Positions 18,973 to 29,298 of a stretch of DNA of 64,000 bases are shown in pieces (the stretch's first letter is position 1; each line of letters begins with the position of its first letter). The notes beneath the pieces are model-generated. The model worked only from the letters and a program-made list of their open reading frames with translations, was not told where the DNA came from and searched no databases. Origin of the DNA: an uncultured Verrucomicrobiae bacterium (GTDB lineage Bacteria; Verrucomicrobiota; Verrucomicrobiia; Chthoniobacterales; Xiphinematobacteraceae). Both the position numbers and the translations under genes were made by a program. Where the stretch lies: contig CAVPNI010000002.1 of the NCBI GenBank assembly GCA_963706715.1, forward strand, positions 256,001 to 320,000. Reading direction: 5' to 3'.

Positions 18973-20148
18973 TTACAATGCCGGTGGCGAAGATGGAAAT
19001 ATTAAACCTAGTAAATCGGAGCTGAGATGAGGCGCCATTATTTTCATCAAGGAGCGTTCATCCTGAAGCGAAGGCAGCGGACCTGAGCTGGTGGATGCTG
19101 CTTTCGCCACAAACGATGGCTGTTTCGTCTCAAGCGCTCGTCGGTAATTGTCAACCCCCTGCACGATGCCTTTTGCTAGTTGTTCCCGATAATAGGGAGA
19201 TACCAATTTTTGAAGGTCTGCGGCATCGCTGAGAAATCCTCCTTCCACAAGCACTCCGGGCACACGGAGCTCTCGAATCACAGCATAGCGTGCCCGCTTG
19301 ATCCCTCGATCCGGCAGTCCTAACGTACGTACTACTGAGGCATGAATAGCTGTCGCCAGCGCGGTATTTTGGGGGTCTTGCTCTTGTCCCAAACAAGGTC
19401 TGAAATCCCGGCGCGTCACAAATGCCTCATCCATTGATGGGACTCCACGCGGCGCCAAACAGTAGGTTTCCACGCCTCTTGCCACGGTCGAGCGGCTTTG
19501 ATTAAAATGTATGCTCACAAAAATGCTGTTGGGTATCCGATTTGCGATCGCAGTTCGCTGACCCAAGGGGATAAATCTATCCGTAGTGCGCGTTAGATGC
19601 ACTTGATAGCCCCGCTGCTCCAACAATCGTGCGGCACGTTGGACGATATCCAAAGTGAAGTTTTTTTCCGGTCCATAGAGAGAGACCGCGCCAGTATCGT
19701 ACCCTCCATGTCCGGCGTCCAAAACCACTGTGTTCACAGGTTCTGGATTTTTGATCCGCTGAGGGCGGAGTACCGGCTCAATAGTTTTAACAACATCCAT
19801 CGAACTCAAAAAGAAATTTCCGTTTTCCGAGCGCACTGGGAAACACAGGATAATTTTCACCCCATTCATCGTGAGCTCCCTGGAATCGCGTTGCCCCAGG
19901 AGACTCCATTTAGGAGAAGTTAATGAAAATTCTCGCCCGTCTGGAGAAAACTTAAGAAGCAAGCCGTAAAATTTTGCCACGTCGTCCATGGGAACATAAC
20001 GACGTTCTTCGAAGCAGACAGATCGCCAGTCAGCCCAGGCGATTCCTTGACATGACAGAAAGACGAGGCTGAGCAATGGCCAGCGCCAGTTTGTATGAAG
20101 TATGCTAATCTTGGGGGAAAATGCTCCGTTGAGGACGCACCGGACCAT
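18973..20148 (-). CDS. N-acetylmuramoyl-L-alanine amidase (Amidase_3)
   Basis: LDAGHGG.D.GA, EK, FVSIHFN, VLVEGGFLS. Confidence 0.9.
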   Translation of the reverse strand: MVRCVLNGAFSPKISILHTNWRWPLLSLVFLSCQGIAWADWRSVCFEERRYVPMDDVAKFYGLLLKFSPDGREFSLTSPKWSLLGQRDSRELTMNGVKIILCFPVRSENGNFFLSSMDVVKTIEPVLRPQRIKNPEPVNTVVLDAGHGGYDTGAVSLYGPEKNFTLDIVQRAARLLEQRGYQVHLTRTTDRFIPLGQRTAIANRIPNSIFVSIHFNQSRSTVARGVETYCLAPRGVPSMDEAFVTRRDFRPCLGQEQDPQNTALATAIHASVVRTLGLPDRGIKRARYAVIRELRVPGVLVEGGFLSDAADLQKLVSPYYREQLAKGIVQGVDNYRRALETKQPSFVAKAASTSSGPLPSLQDERSLMKIMAPHLSSDLLGLIFPSSPPAL

Positions 20149-20284
20149 ACAACTATCTAAATGCGTTTTTCATTAAAAGCAATCTCCAGGATTGGAAGGG
20201 TTTTCACAAATTCGTGAAGCCTGGAGCCAAGCATTTTGACGGATGACCGCTGGGATGTTATGTGTTCCCGCCGCCTTTTATCTG

Positions 20285-22909
20285 ATGTCTGAAATTCCCA
20301 AAGCCTACGAGCCCGCTACTGTTGAAAAAAAATGGTATGCTGCATGGCTACAAGCCAATTGTTTTCAAGCTGATCCGAACTCCCAAAAGCCGCCGTTTTC
20401 CATTGTAATTCCGCCGCCAAACGTCACCGGAGTTCTCCATTTGGGCCATGTATTGAACAACACCATGCAAGATGCGTTGTGCCGGAGAGGACGGATGTTG
20501 GGAAATGAGGTCCTTTGGTTGCCAGGTACTGATCATGCCGGCATCGCCACGCAAACTATGGTGGAAAGGTACTTACGTAAAACGCAGGGGGTGGGACGCC
20601 GCGACATTGGTCGCGAGAAATTTCTGGAAGCCGTCTGGGATTGGAAAAAAAGGCATGGTGATTTGATCATTCAGCAATTAAAGCGCCTAGGCTGCTCTTG
20701 TGACTGGTCAAGGGAAAGGTTCACTATGGACCCGGATTACTCTCAGATAGTCTTGCAGACCTTCGTCGATCTGTATCGGAAAGGGCTGATCTACCGAGGC
20801 AGGCGCATGGTAAACTGGTGTCCGACTTCACTCACCGCTCTCTCGGATGAAGAAGTGGTGATGAAAGCCAGCAAAAGTTTTCTTTATACGGTTCGTTACG
20901 AAATCGTTGAGTATCCAGGTACTTTCTTGGAAATTGCGACGACTCGGCCGGAAACGTTGTTGGGCGACACCGCTGTCGCAGTCCACCCCGAAGATCCTCG
21001 TTACGGCGATTTTATAAGCCTTCATGCATGGCGCCCCTTTCCGCGCACCTCCATTCCTATTATTGCGGACAGTCACATTGACAAAGCTTTTGGCACAGGG
21101 GTGTTGAAGGTGACTCCCGCACATGATAAGGCCGATTTTGAAATCGGCCAACGGCACAAGTTGGACATTGTCGACATCCTCCATCCAGACGGCACCATCA
21201 ACTGTCCGGACGTCCCGAGGTTAAACGGCCTCGATCGCTTTCAAGCACGGGAAGAGGCAGTCAAAATGTTGGAGGAATTAGATCTCCTCGTAAAGACGGA
21301 ACCCTATGAAAATAATATTGGTTACAGCGAGCGAGCGGATGTTCCTATTGAAACCCGGCTTTCCGAACAATGGTTTCTTCGCTATCCGGCTGTTCAAGAA
21401 TCTTTCCAGGCCGTTCGCGATGGCTCCATTCGCCTGTTTCCGTCACGTTGGACAAAGGTCTATGAACATTGGATGGAAAACCTCCAGGATTGGTGCATCA
21501 GTCGTCAACTCTGGTGGGGACATCGCATTCCCGCATGGTACAGCAAAGACGGAAAGATCCATGTCGATTTATCCCCACCCTCCGATGCCGAGAATTGGGA
21601 GCAAGACCCTGATGTGCTGGATACATGGTTCAGTTCTTGGCTTTGGCCGTTTGCCACGATGGATAGCGCAACGCGAGCCAAATTCTATCCGACGAGCGTT
21701 CTGAGCACGGGATTTGACATCCTTTTCTTCTGGGTCGCACGGATGATTATGGCGGGTTACGAGTTTACTGGAGAAAAACCCTTTTCCAACGTTGTTATTC
21801 ACAACCTCATTCGAGATTCCAAAGGCCGAAAAATGTCAAAAACCCTTGGAAATTCTCCGGATCCTCTGCAACTCATCGATAAATATGGAGCGGATGGATT
21901 GCGTTTGGGCCTTCTGCGTATTGCCCCGACTGGACAGGATATCCGCTTTGACGAAAAGCAAATGGAGGAAGGCCGCAATTTCGCAAATAAATTATGGAAC
22001 GCTGCTCGCTTCCGGCAGATGCAGGGGCCTTGTTCTTCCTTCCCTATTTCTCTGGATAACTTGGAATTGCCAGACATCTGCGTCGCCATCACAGAAAAGT
22101 TCGATCGCCTTCACAAACGCATCACGGTTGCTTGGCAGGAATTCCGTTTTCACGAGATTGCCAATGTTCTCTATGATTTCTTTTGGACCGAATATTGCGA
22201 TCGGTTTGTGGAAGCTGCAAAGCCTCACCTTCAACAAAGAGAAGCCGTTTCTTCACACCGTGAGGCAGTTCTTCGGACCATGGATTGCGTACTTTCGAGT
22301 GTCCTTTGTCTCCTGCATCCGCTGATGCCTCATATTACGGAAGAACTCTGGAGTTTGTTAGGATTTGGCCAATCTGAAACCGATTTTCTTCTTCTGACAG
22401 CCCCTCCAGCCGAAAATTCTTTACCACACTTGAGTGCAAAAGAAAAAGAAGACGTACGCACCGCAGTTGACAGACTCTATGAGAGTATCCATGCCGTTCG
22501 CACTCTTCGCGCAGAGTTTAAGATCCCCTCTAACAAATCAGTGCCTTTGCAGATTCGCCCCACGACTGACTGGGATTCCGCTGATCAGATGGCTTTTATA
22601 GCCCTGACCAAGGCGGAAACGCTGGAATCCGTTTCTTTGCCACCGAAAGGGTCAGCAGGAATTGTTACCAGTTTGGGTGAATTTTTCATTCCGCTAGCGG
22701 GGCTCGTCGATGTGGATTCTGAACGCCGTCGTCTCGCGAGTGAAATTACCAAGGTCGAAATGGAGATCTCTAAGGTGAAATTCAAGCTAGACAGCGATTC
22801 ATTTATTTCCAACGCTCCCCAGACTGTAGTCGAGGAGCATCGCGCTCGCGAAACTGCCTGGAGAAAAAAGTTGGAAATTCTGCGCGGCTATCTCGCCTCT
22901 CTGGAATGA
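20285..22909 (+). CDS. valS: valyl-tRNA synthetase
   Basis: PPPNVTGVLHLGH, DHAGIATQ, DWCISRQLWWGH, KMSKT, C-terminal coiled coil. Confidence 0.97.
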   Translation: MSEIPKAYEPATVEKKWYAAWLQANCFQADPNSQKPPFSIVIPPPNVTGVLHLGHVLNNTMQDALCRRGRMLGNEVLWLPGTDHAGIATQTMVERYLRKTQGVGRRDIGREKFLEAVWDWKKRHGDLIIQQLKRLGCSCDWSRERFTMDPDYSQIVLQTFVDLYRKGLIYRGRRMVNWCPTSLTALSDEEVVMKASKSFLYTVRYEIVEYPGTFLEIATTRPETLLGDTAVAVHPEDPRYGDFISLHAWRPFPRTSIPIIADSHIDKAFGTGVLKVTPAHDKADFEIGQRHKLDIVDILHPDGTINCPDVPRLNGLDRFQAREEAVKMLEELDLLVKTEPYENNIGYSERADVPIETRLSEQWFLRYPAVQESFQAVRDGSIRLFPSRWTKVYEHWMENLQDWCISRQLWWGHRIPAWYSKDGKIHVDLSPPSDAENWEQDPDVLDTWFSSWLWPFATMDSATRAKFYPTSVLSTGFDILFFWVARMIMAGYEFTGEKPFSNVVIHNLIRDSKGRKMSKTLGNSPDPLQLIDKYGADGLRLGLLRIAPTGQDIRFDEKQMEEGRNFANKLWNAARFRQMQGPCSSFPISLDNLELPDICVAITEKFDRLHKRITVAWQEFRFHEIANVLYDFFWTEYCDRFVEAAKPHLQQREAVSSHREAVLRTMDCVLSSVLCLLHPLMPHITEELWSLLGFGQSETDFLLLTAPPAENSLPHLSAKEKEDVRTAVDRLYESIHAVRTLRAEFKIPSNKSVPLQIRPTTDWDSADQMAFIALTKAETLESVSLPPKGSAGIVTSLGEFFIPLAGLVDVDSERRRLASEITKVEMEISKVKFKLDSDSFISNAPQTVVEEHRARETAWRKKLEILRGYLASLE

Positions 22910-22928
22910 CTTCATTAAATTCCTCATT

Positions 22929-24008
22929 ATGAGCATTCCATTCAGGATACCGGACTCTGTCTATGTTTTCATTATGGCCGGAGGAAGTGGAGAACGATTT
23001 TGGCCCATGAGCCGCAACCAAATTCCAAAACATCTTCTCCATGTTTTCGGAGAGTGCACACTGCTGGAACAAACTATACGTCGAGTTGAGGGCCTAGTGG
23101 ATTTTGACCGGATTTTTGTTTTGACAAACGAGCTCCAACTAGACGCTCTTCGAAAAGAGCTTCCCTTTCTTACGGCAAACCAAATTGTTACCGAACCCGC
23201 AAAAAGGGACACTGCTCCCGCCGCCGCTCTCGCTACTGCTATCGCTCATAGCAAAAAATCCGATGCCATCGTTGTATTACTGCCTGCGGACGCAATTATT
23301 CGAGATGCGGAAACATTTCGTCGTCAGTTAATCGACTCGATTGCTACTGCCATCCGGCAATCCTGCCTCGTTACTATTGCCATCGCTCCTACCTACCCGG
23401 CAACGAGTTTTGGATATCTCGAGCTCGGTTCCCAACTCCCTTCCGGACCAAACGGATCAGTCGTTTGCCAGGTCCTTCACTTTATCGAAAAACCGGATCA
23501 GAACACCGCTCAAACTTATTTTGACCAAGGTCATTTCGGCTGGAATACAGGTATCTTTGCCTGGCAAGCAGAATGCTTTTTAGAAGAATGTTCCAAGCTT
23601 TCTCCCCCTCTTGCTCACTTCATTCGTGGATTTCCAAAAGACGATCCCGCCAAATATATCCTAAAACACTTTCCTGGTTTGCCAAAAAATTCCGTCGATT
23701 ACGCCATCATGGAAAACGCGTCTCAGGTTGTAGCCCTTCGCTCCCAATTTGATTGGGATGACGTTGGTTCATGGACTGCTTTACCTGCTCATTTAGGCCG
23801 AGATAGCGAGCAAAACTGCATCCGTGGCTCGGCTATCCTGGTCAATTCCAAAAATAACATTGTCGTTGCTAATCACCGTATGGTTGCCCTCTATGGTGTT
23901 CAGGATCTTGTCGTCGTAGAAACCCCCGACGCAATACTCATCTGCCACCAAGATGCCGTTCAGAATATCAAAAAAGTTTATAATCTGCTACCAGAAGAAC
24001 TCCAGTAG
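22929..24008 (+). CDS. manC: mannose-1-phosphate guanylyltransferase
   Basis: IMAGGSGERFWPMSR, EP..RDTAPA, FIEKP, SVDYAIME, WDDVGSW. Confidence 0.92.
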   Translation: MSIPFRIPDSVYVFIMAGGSGERFWPMSRNQIPKHLLHVFGECTLLEQTIRRVEGLVDFDRIFVLTNELQLDALRKELPFLTANQIVTEPAKRDTAPAAALATAIAHSKKSDAIVVLLPADAIIRDAETFRRQLIDSIATAIRQSCLVTIAIAPTYPATSFGYLELGSQLPSGPNGSVVCQVLHFIEKPDQNTAQTYFDQGHFGWNTGIFAWQAECFLEECSKLSPPLAHFIRGFPKDDPAKYILKHFPGLPKNSVDYAIMENASQVVALRSQFDWDDVGSWTALPAHLGRDSEQNCIRGSAILVNSKNNIVVANHRMVALYGVQDLVVVETPDAILICHQDAVQNIKKVYNLLPEELQ

Positions 24009-24281
24009 CAACGTTTTCTCTGCTCCCAAAAGGATGTTATACCATCTATTTAAGATAACCGGACTGATGTTCTTCGCTCCTACTTCTTAAAAACAGGCCA
24101 ATTATCCATAAGAGATGGTATTATTCGCCTTCTCCCGGAGCAGCAAGAGGCACTGTGGCAATTTCAAAGTATAGGACTTTCGCTATATCAACGAGATTTG
24201 GGAAAGAAACTTCCTAATCCTTTCCTTGCATTTTGAGGTGCGCCGACACAGCCTGACGCGTAAATTCCAGAAAAAAGTAAA

Positions 24282-24956
24282 GTGCCTCGTTTCTCGAAAA
24301 AATTTCTGATTTTTGGGAGCTATGTAACTAGTGTGATTTCTCGGGAAAAATTTCTGGCCTTTCTAATTTCGCAATCAATGCGTTTGCTATTTGCGACTGT
24401 TCGCTTACGAGTCGCTGATCATGCTGGATTCACAGTCTCACCTCCTCCTTACCCAGTAATCATTGCTTTTTGGCACAACCGCATTTGCGCTATCACTCTT
24501 ACTTTTCTTCGGAAATATCATCCGTCACGGCGCGGGGTTGTGGTGCTTACCAGTCCAAGCCGGGATGGAGAAATCCTGACTCAGGTTATGGCTGCTTTTC
24601 GCATGGGATCAGTTCGAGGCTCCACTTCTCGAAGGGGACGCGAAGCCCTACTCGAACTGACGGAAAAATTACGCCAAGGGTTTGACGTTGCTATCACTCC
24701 CGACGGTCCTCGTGGTCCCAAATACTGTCTCCATCCCGGCCTGATTCTTCTTGCTCGCTCTGCCGGTGCGCGGATTCTTCCGGTTCATGCTCGCTTCTCC
24801 CATGCCCTGACGCTAAAAAGCTGGGACGGGTTCCGAATCCCGCTTCCTTTTTCCCGAGTGGAGGTCACTATTGCTCCCTATGAGACTGTAGCCGAAGGAG
24901 AAGATGCTTTCAAACGGGCTTATCTCGAATCTCTCTTAAAAAATGAAGCTGATTGA
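24282..24956 (+). CDS. DUF374 / lysophospholipid acyltransferase family protein
   Basis: [30 protein letters not shown]...IPLPF. Confidence 0.85.
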   Translation: MPRFSKKFLIFGSYVTSVISREKFLAFLISQSMRLLFATVRLRVADHAGFTVSPPPYPVIIAFWHNRICAITLTFLRKYHPSRRGVVVLTSPSRDGEILTQVMAAFRMGSVRGSTSRRGREALLELTEKLRQGFDVAITPDGPRGPKYCLHPGLILLARSAGARILPVHARFSHALTLKSWDGFRIPLPFSRVEVTIAPYETVAEGEDAFKRAYLESLLKNEAD

Positions 24957-25842
24957 TGGAAAAACGATCGCTGAAAAAGTACATGAGGAAACTCGTACAT
25001 CAGTACAAGAGCTTGCCAAACACGAAATCCGTCCCGGTTTGGCTGTGGTCTTAGTAGGCAACAATCCCGCTTCGCGAACGTACGTTCGTAAAAAAGCCGA
25101 ACAATGTGCCAAGCTCGGGCTTCATTCCATAAAGTTGGAGCTTCCGGAAACTATTTCGCAACAAGAATTAATCGCCCATATCGCCGCACTGAATGAGGAT
25201 CCCAAAATTCACGGCATTTTAGTCCAGTCCCCCCCTCCTCCTCATATCAATGAGACCGAAATCGTTTATACCATAGCCCCTGAAAAAGATGTCGATGGAT
25301 TTCATCCCACTAACGTCGCTAAACTCGCCCTAGAAGATCCTTCTGGTTTCGTTCCTTGTACACCACTTGGTTGCAGACGCCTTCTTCTGGAATACGGAAT
25401 TCCAATTAGTGGTGCACATGTTGTAATCCTTGGTCGCAGCATGATTGTCGGAAAACCTTTGGCCTTACTCCTTATGAGTAAGGGAGCTGGTGGAGACGCA
25501 ACAGTAACCGTTGCTCATTCGCGCACGCGTCACTTGGAAGCGATCACCCGCGAAGCGGACATTGTCATTAGTGCCATCGGTTTGCCCAATTTTTTACAAG
25601 CAAAACATGTCCGTGAAGGGGCCGTGGTGATAGATGTTGGCATCAATCGTGTGGAGGACTCGTCTCACAAAAGTGGATATCGGCTGACCGGTGACGTGAA
25701 TTTTGAAGAGGTGGCACCAAAATGTTCCTTGATTACCCCGGTCCCAGGTGGCGTGGGCCCCATGACGATAGCAATGCTGCTTTCCAATACCATCAAGGCT
25801 TGCTGTCAAATCTACGGGCTTCGACTCTCACGGTCCTCTTGA
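24943..25842 (+). CDS. folD: methylenetetrahydrofolate dehydrogenase/cyclohydrolase
   Basis: [40 protein letters not shown]. Confidence 0.97.
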   Translation: MKLIDGKTIAEKVHEETRTSVQELAKHEIRPGLAVVLVGNNPASRTYVRKKAEQCAKLGLHSIKLELPETISQQELIAHIAALNEDPKIHGILVQSPPPPHINETEIVYTIAPEKDVDGFHPTNVAKLALEDPSGFVPCTPLGCRRLLLEYGIPISGAHVVILGRSMIVGKPLALLLMSKGAGGDATVTVAHSRTRHLEAITREADIVISAIGLPNFLQAKHVREGAVVIDVGINRVEDSSHKSGYRLTGDVNFEEVAPKCSLITPVPGGVGPMTIAMLLSNTIKACCQIYGLRLSRSS

Positions 25843-25851
25843 TGAAAATTT

Positions 25852-27339
25852 GGCTCTATAAAAGAATTCGTGGGTAAAAAATAGAGTTAGCAGGGGGGCT
25901 GGTGCCGCCCCCAGACCCCCGCACCGCTCGCCGCGGCAGGCGTTCAGGGGGAACAGGGGGGGAGCAGTGCTGAAAGGTAGCAAGAGGATCGGATCGGTTC
26001 CTTGGGTATTAGGGCGGAGCGTAAAAAAGAGGCTGGCGGCACCCAAATGGGTACCTATAAACCAGCCTCTGTGGTAAATATAACGCTTAAAAATGTAATG
26101 AGGCGGGTACATCCGATCAAGGGATTTGTCTATGATGCGGTGGGATGGGACGATAAAGAAAAGGGAGTTATCTTAGCAGAAGTACGTGCCAGAGAAGGCA
26201 GCCAGGGAAGATGCTCAGGATGCAAACGTAAAGGATCTGGATATGATAGACTTGCAGAGCGGCGCTGGCGCTTTGTGCCACTTTGGGGTTTCGTGGTCTG
26301 GCTAGTCTACACACCGCGGCGAATTGACTGCCGACACTGTGGGAGTCCCACAGTAGAAGAACTTCCTTGGGCTAGCGGAAAAATACAGCACAGCGAAGCC
26401 TTCCGTCTCTTTCTGGCACAATGGGCACGCATGCTCTCCTGGGCCGAGGTAGCCAGAGTCTTCCGAGTGGGCTGGGCCGATGTATACGCTTCGGTAAAAT
26501 GGGTGGTGGATTATGGCATTCAACATCGGAATTTAAGCGGCGTAAAGGCGCTTGGAGTTGATGAAATCCATGTCGGAAAAAAAGATAAGTTTTGGACACT
26601 GGTCTACCAGATCGATGATCACTGCAAACGACTTTTGTGGGTCGGGCGCGATCGTACTGAAAAAACTTTTGAGCTATTCTTCGAGGTTTTTGGCAAAGAG
26701 TTTTGTTCGGCCATCGGCTTTATTTGCTCCGACATGTGGAAACCGTATCTGAAGGTAGCAGCCCATTATTTGCCACAAGCCCTACATATCCTTGACCGCT
26801 TCCACATCGTTAAAAAACTCAACGAAGCTATCGATGAAATCCGCAGAGAGGAAACCCGCGCCCGTGCCCAGGCAGGTCTGGATCCCTTGCTTAAAAAGAT
26901 GCGCTGGGCTTTCCTAAAAAAAAGATGCAATTGGACTAAGAGCCAACGTGCTGGCATGCGGGCAATTCGAGGCTCTGCTTTACGCACCCTGCGCGCCTTT
27001 CTCTTAGTGGAAACTTTCCAACACTTTTGGACCTATCGCTCTCCTACCTGGGCTGCTAAATTCCTGGATGCTTGGTGCACTAAAATTACTCGAAGTCACC
27101 TGGAGCCTCTTAAAAAAGTTGCCCGTACTCTCACCTCTCACCGCTCTCTTCTTTTAAATTACTTTCAGGCTAAAGGCCAATATTCCAGCGGTGTCGTTGA
27201 AGGGCTTAACGCCAAGGTGAAATTAACTCTAAAACGGAGTTATGGGTTTCGTACCGCTGATGCTCGTGAAGTTGCTCTTTACCATACCCTTGCTAATTTG
27301 CCTGAACCAATTTTTACCCACAGTTTTTTTTAGGCAGCC
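25852..27339 (+). mobile_element. ISL3-family IS, copy 2
   Basis: Same ends and length as copy 1; flanks GAAAATTT / GAAAAATTT (near-TSD). Confidence 0.93.
26002..27333 (+). CDS. ISL3 transposase
   Basis: Differs from copy 1 at three residues in the ORF track (K/M, P/R, D/N). Confidence 0.92.
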   Translation: MGIRAERKKEAGGTQMGTYKPASVVNITLKNVMRRVHPIKGFVYDAVGWDDKEKGVILAEVRAREGSQGRCSGCKRKGSGYDRLAERRWRFVPLWGFVVWLVYTPRRIDCRHCGSPTVEELPWASGKIQHSEAFRLFLAQWARMLSWAEVARVFRVGWADVYASVKWVVDYGIQHRNLSGVKALGVDEIHVGKKDKFWTLVYQIDDHCKRLLWVGRDRTEKTFELFFEVFGKEFCSAIGFICSDMWKPYLKVAAHYLPQALHILDRFHIVKKLNEAIDEIRREETRARAQAGLDPLLKKMRWAFLKKRCNWTKSQRAGMRAIRGSALRTLRAFLLVETFQHFWTYRSPTWAAKFLDAWCTKITRSHLEPLKKVARTLTSHRSLLLNYFQAKGQYSSGVVEGLNAKVKLTLKRSYGFRTADAREVALYHTLANLPEPIFTHSFF

Positions 27340-28068
27340 GAAAAATTTAATCCGAAGTTCCAGAGCTTAATCTAGAAAACCTCTTGACCTAAAGAATCTT
27401 ATTAAAAAATACGAATTCTGGTTTCTGTCTACAGGTAAGTTACTCGGACGAAAAAACCATTAACCAGAAAAAGTTGATAAAGTCAATCAAATATTGACTA
27501 AATTCGTGACTACAAAATTGAAGAAAATAAGTCTATTAAAAATTTATTAATTCCAGATAAAAAATAACTTGCACGTAATTTTTTCTTAAAAATGCTCTGG
27601 AACTTCGGTTTAATAGCTATTTCATTTGCGATGAAAATTATTTACTCTTATTCTACTGTCTGACCCAATTGCTTGGAGGGGCAACTACTCTCTGATTTAA
27701 GGCCGAGATATTGATCACTTCCCGTTTCCGGCGGCCGGGATTTTTATCAACGCTGGCACTGTCAGAAAACGTTGATGGTTTTTGCGGGCTGCGTTCTGCT
27801 TGGGGCATAGACACATCCCGACTGTCTGCTGCATGGTTAATCATAATTAATGCAATATAATGCAAATATTGCAAAAATCAATTTTTATTCCCATTGGGTC
27901 CAATATTCAGAAGCTTGCTTCGGCATGCCGATTCATCCCATGAACCGGACTGTTCATGGGCAGGCTCCACTGTTTGACTGAAGACATTGTTGGATCAAGG
28001 AAAGGCGCCCATTACCAATGCGCTATGCAATGATCGTATTTTGTCGAGTTTATACAATGACCGAATAG

Positions 28069-29235
28069 TTATAACAGCGAGGTTCTTAAAATACGTTTCA
28101 GCGTTTTAGCCGCGTCGAAATATTCCACTGCACATTCCCGTGCTTTCTTCGAAAAATAATCCCAATTCCGCATGATTCGCCGCACCGCTTCAGTAGCTTC
28201 TTCCAGATTTGCAACAAAAACCATGCCTGAATCCTGCGGAAGATAGAGGGAAGCTCCTGTGTCCTCTGTAATTACAGGGCGTCCCATGGCAAGAAAAGTT
28301 GCGCCTCGGTCACTAATCCAGCCGGTTTGCAAATAAGTATCGATTCCTTTGACAGCAGTAAACTCGGCAACGGCCCCCGAAAGATACTTGCGATATGTTT
28401 TCGGACACCTTGCCACCCGATGCGGATCCACCACCTTCCAGCCTAAGCGTTCGAGTCGTTCCTTTGCAGGATCGTTCTCTATCATATTCATAGCTAATTC
28501 CATCCACGCTTCCGGCACTTTTCGGGGAAGATCGAGGAACTTCTCGATTGTGGCCTGTTTGGAAAAGTCCCTCCATTGGCCATCTATCAACATGTCGTTT
28601 TTCCAATACCATTGTCCCACCGTGGTAAATTTAGGCTTCAAGGGACGTGGTACCGGCCAATTCAATTCAGTGTCCACCAAAGGAAAGAAAGTATGCCAGG
28701 AAACAGGTTGCTTGGGTAAACGGCAGCCGGAGCCATTAATGTTAAGCCCGATTGTCCAAAATTCTTGATGGGACGACTGGCCCAGCTCAAGGTCCTTCAT
28801 CCAATATGGGATCTCGCCCGGATCGAGATCGCAAAGCAACCGCCTAGCGAAACAGTTTAATAAGGGGGGATGGATGGAGTAGCATAGGTTCAGGAGAATA
28901 TTATTGGGAGTCTCAAGTAACTTTTGAAAGGCCTTGGAGTCCAACCCATAGCAAGACGTATTTTCTAACTCAGAGCGTCCCTCCGCTTTGTCTTTCTGAA
29001 ATAGGAGACAATAGTTGTTCTGTAGCCCGGCTTCTCGCATCCGTCGCTGAAAAATCCGGATTCGGCGTTGATCCCTCAATGGGTCTCCGCTGCTAAAGAG
29101 AACCTCCGTCCAAATAAATTTTATTTTTAGCTTCCTCAAGCCCAAAGCCCACTGCAGGGGCACGGAGAAATTACCCCCTCCTTCAGGATATTTTGCTGCA
29201 AAATTGCAGCCGAGAAAGACAAGTTGGGGAGACAT
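28069..29235 (-). CDS. putative glycosyltransferase (GT-B-like, uncharacterised)
   Basis: C-terminal GWISDR...FLAMGRPVITEDTG...AREC AVEYFD; paralogue of the adjacent gene. Confidence 0.65.
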   Translation of the reverse strand: MSPQLVFLGCNFAAKYPEGGGNFSVPLQWALGLRKLKIKFIWTEVLFSSGDPLRDQRRIRIFQRRMREAGLQNNYCLLFQKDKAEGRSELENTSCYGLDSKAFQKLLETPNNILLNLCYSIHPPLLNCFARRLLCDLDPGEIPYWMKDLELGQSSHQEFWTIGLNINGSGCRLPKQPVSWHTFFPLVDTELNWPVPRPLKPKFTTVGQWYWKNDMLIDGQWRDFSKQATIEKFLDLPRKVPEAWMELAMNMIENDPAKERLERLGWKVVDPHRVARCPKTYRKYLSGAVAEFTAVKGIDTYLQTGWISDRGATFLAMGRPVITEDTGASLYLPQDSGMVFVANLEEATEAVRRIMRNWDYFSKKARECAVEYFDAAKTLKRILRTSLL

Positions 29236-29298
29236 TCGGAAGCTAAATCATCGATAAATCCATTTCTTTGAAAAGAATTTTGTCATATCCTCCTCAGG

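Noticed and set aside
27340..27650. oriC candidate
   Set aside because: AT-rich, but I found no TTATCCACA-like DnaA boxes and no dnaA context.
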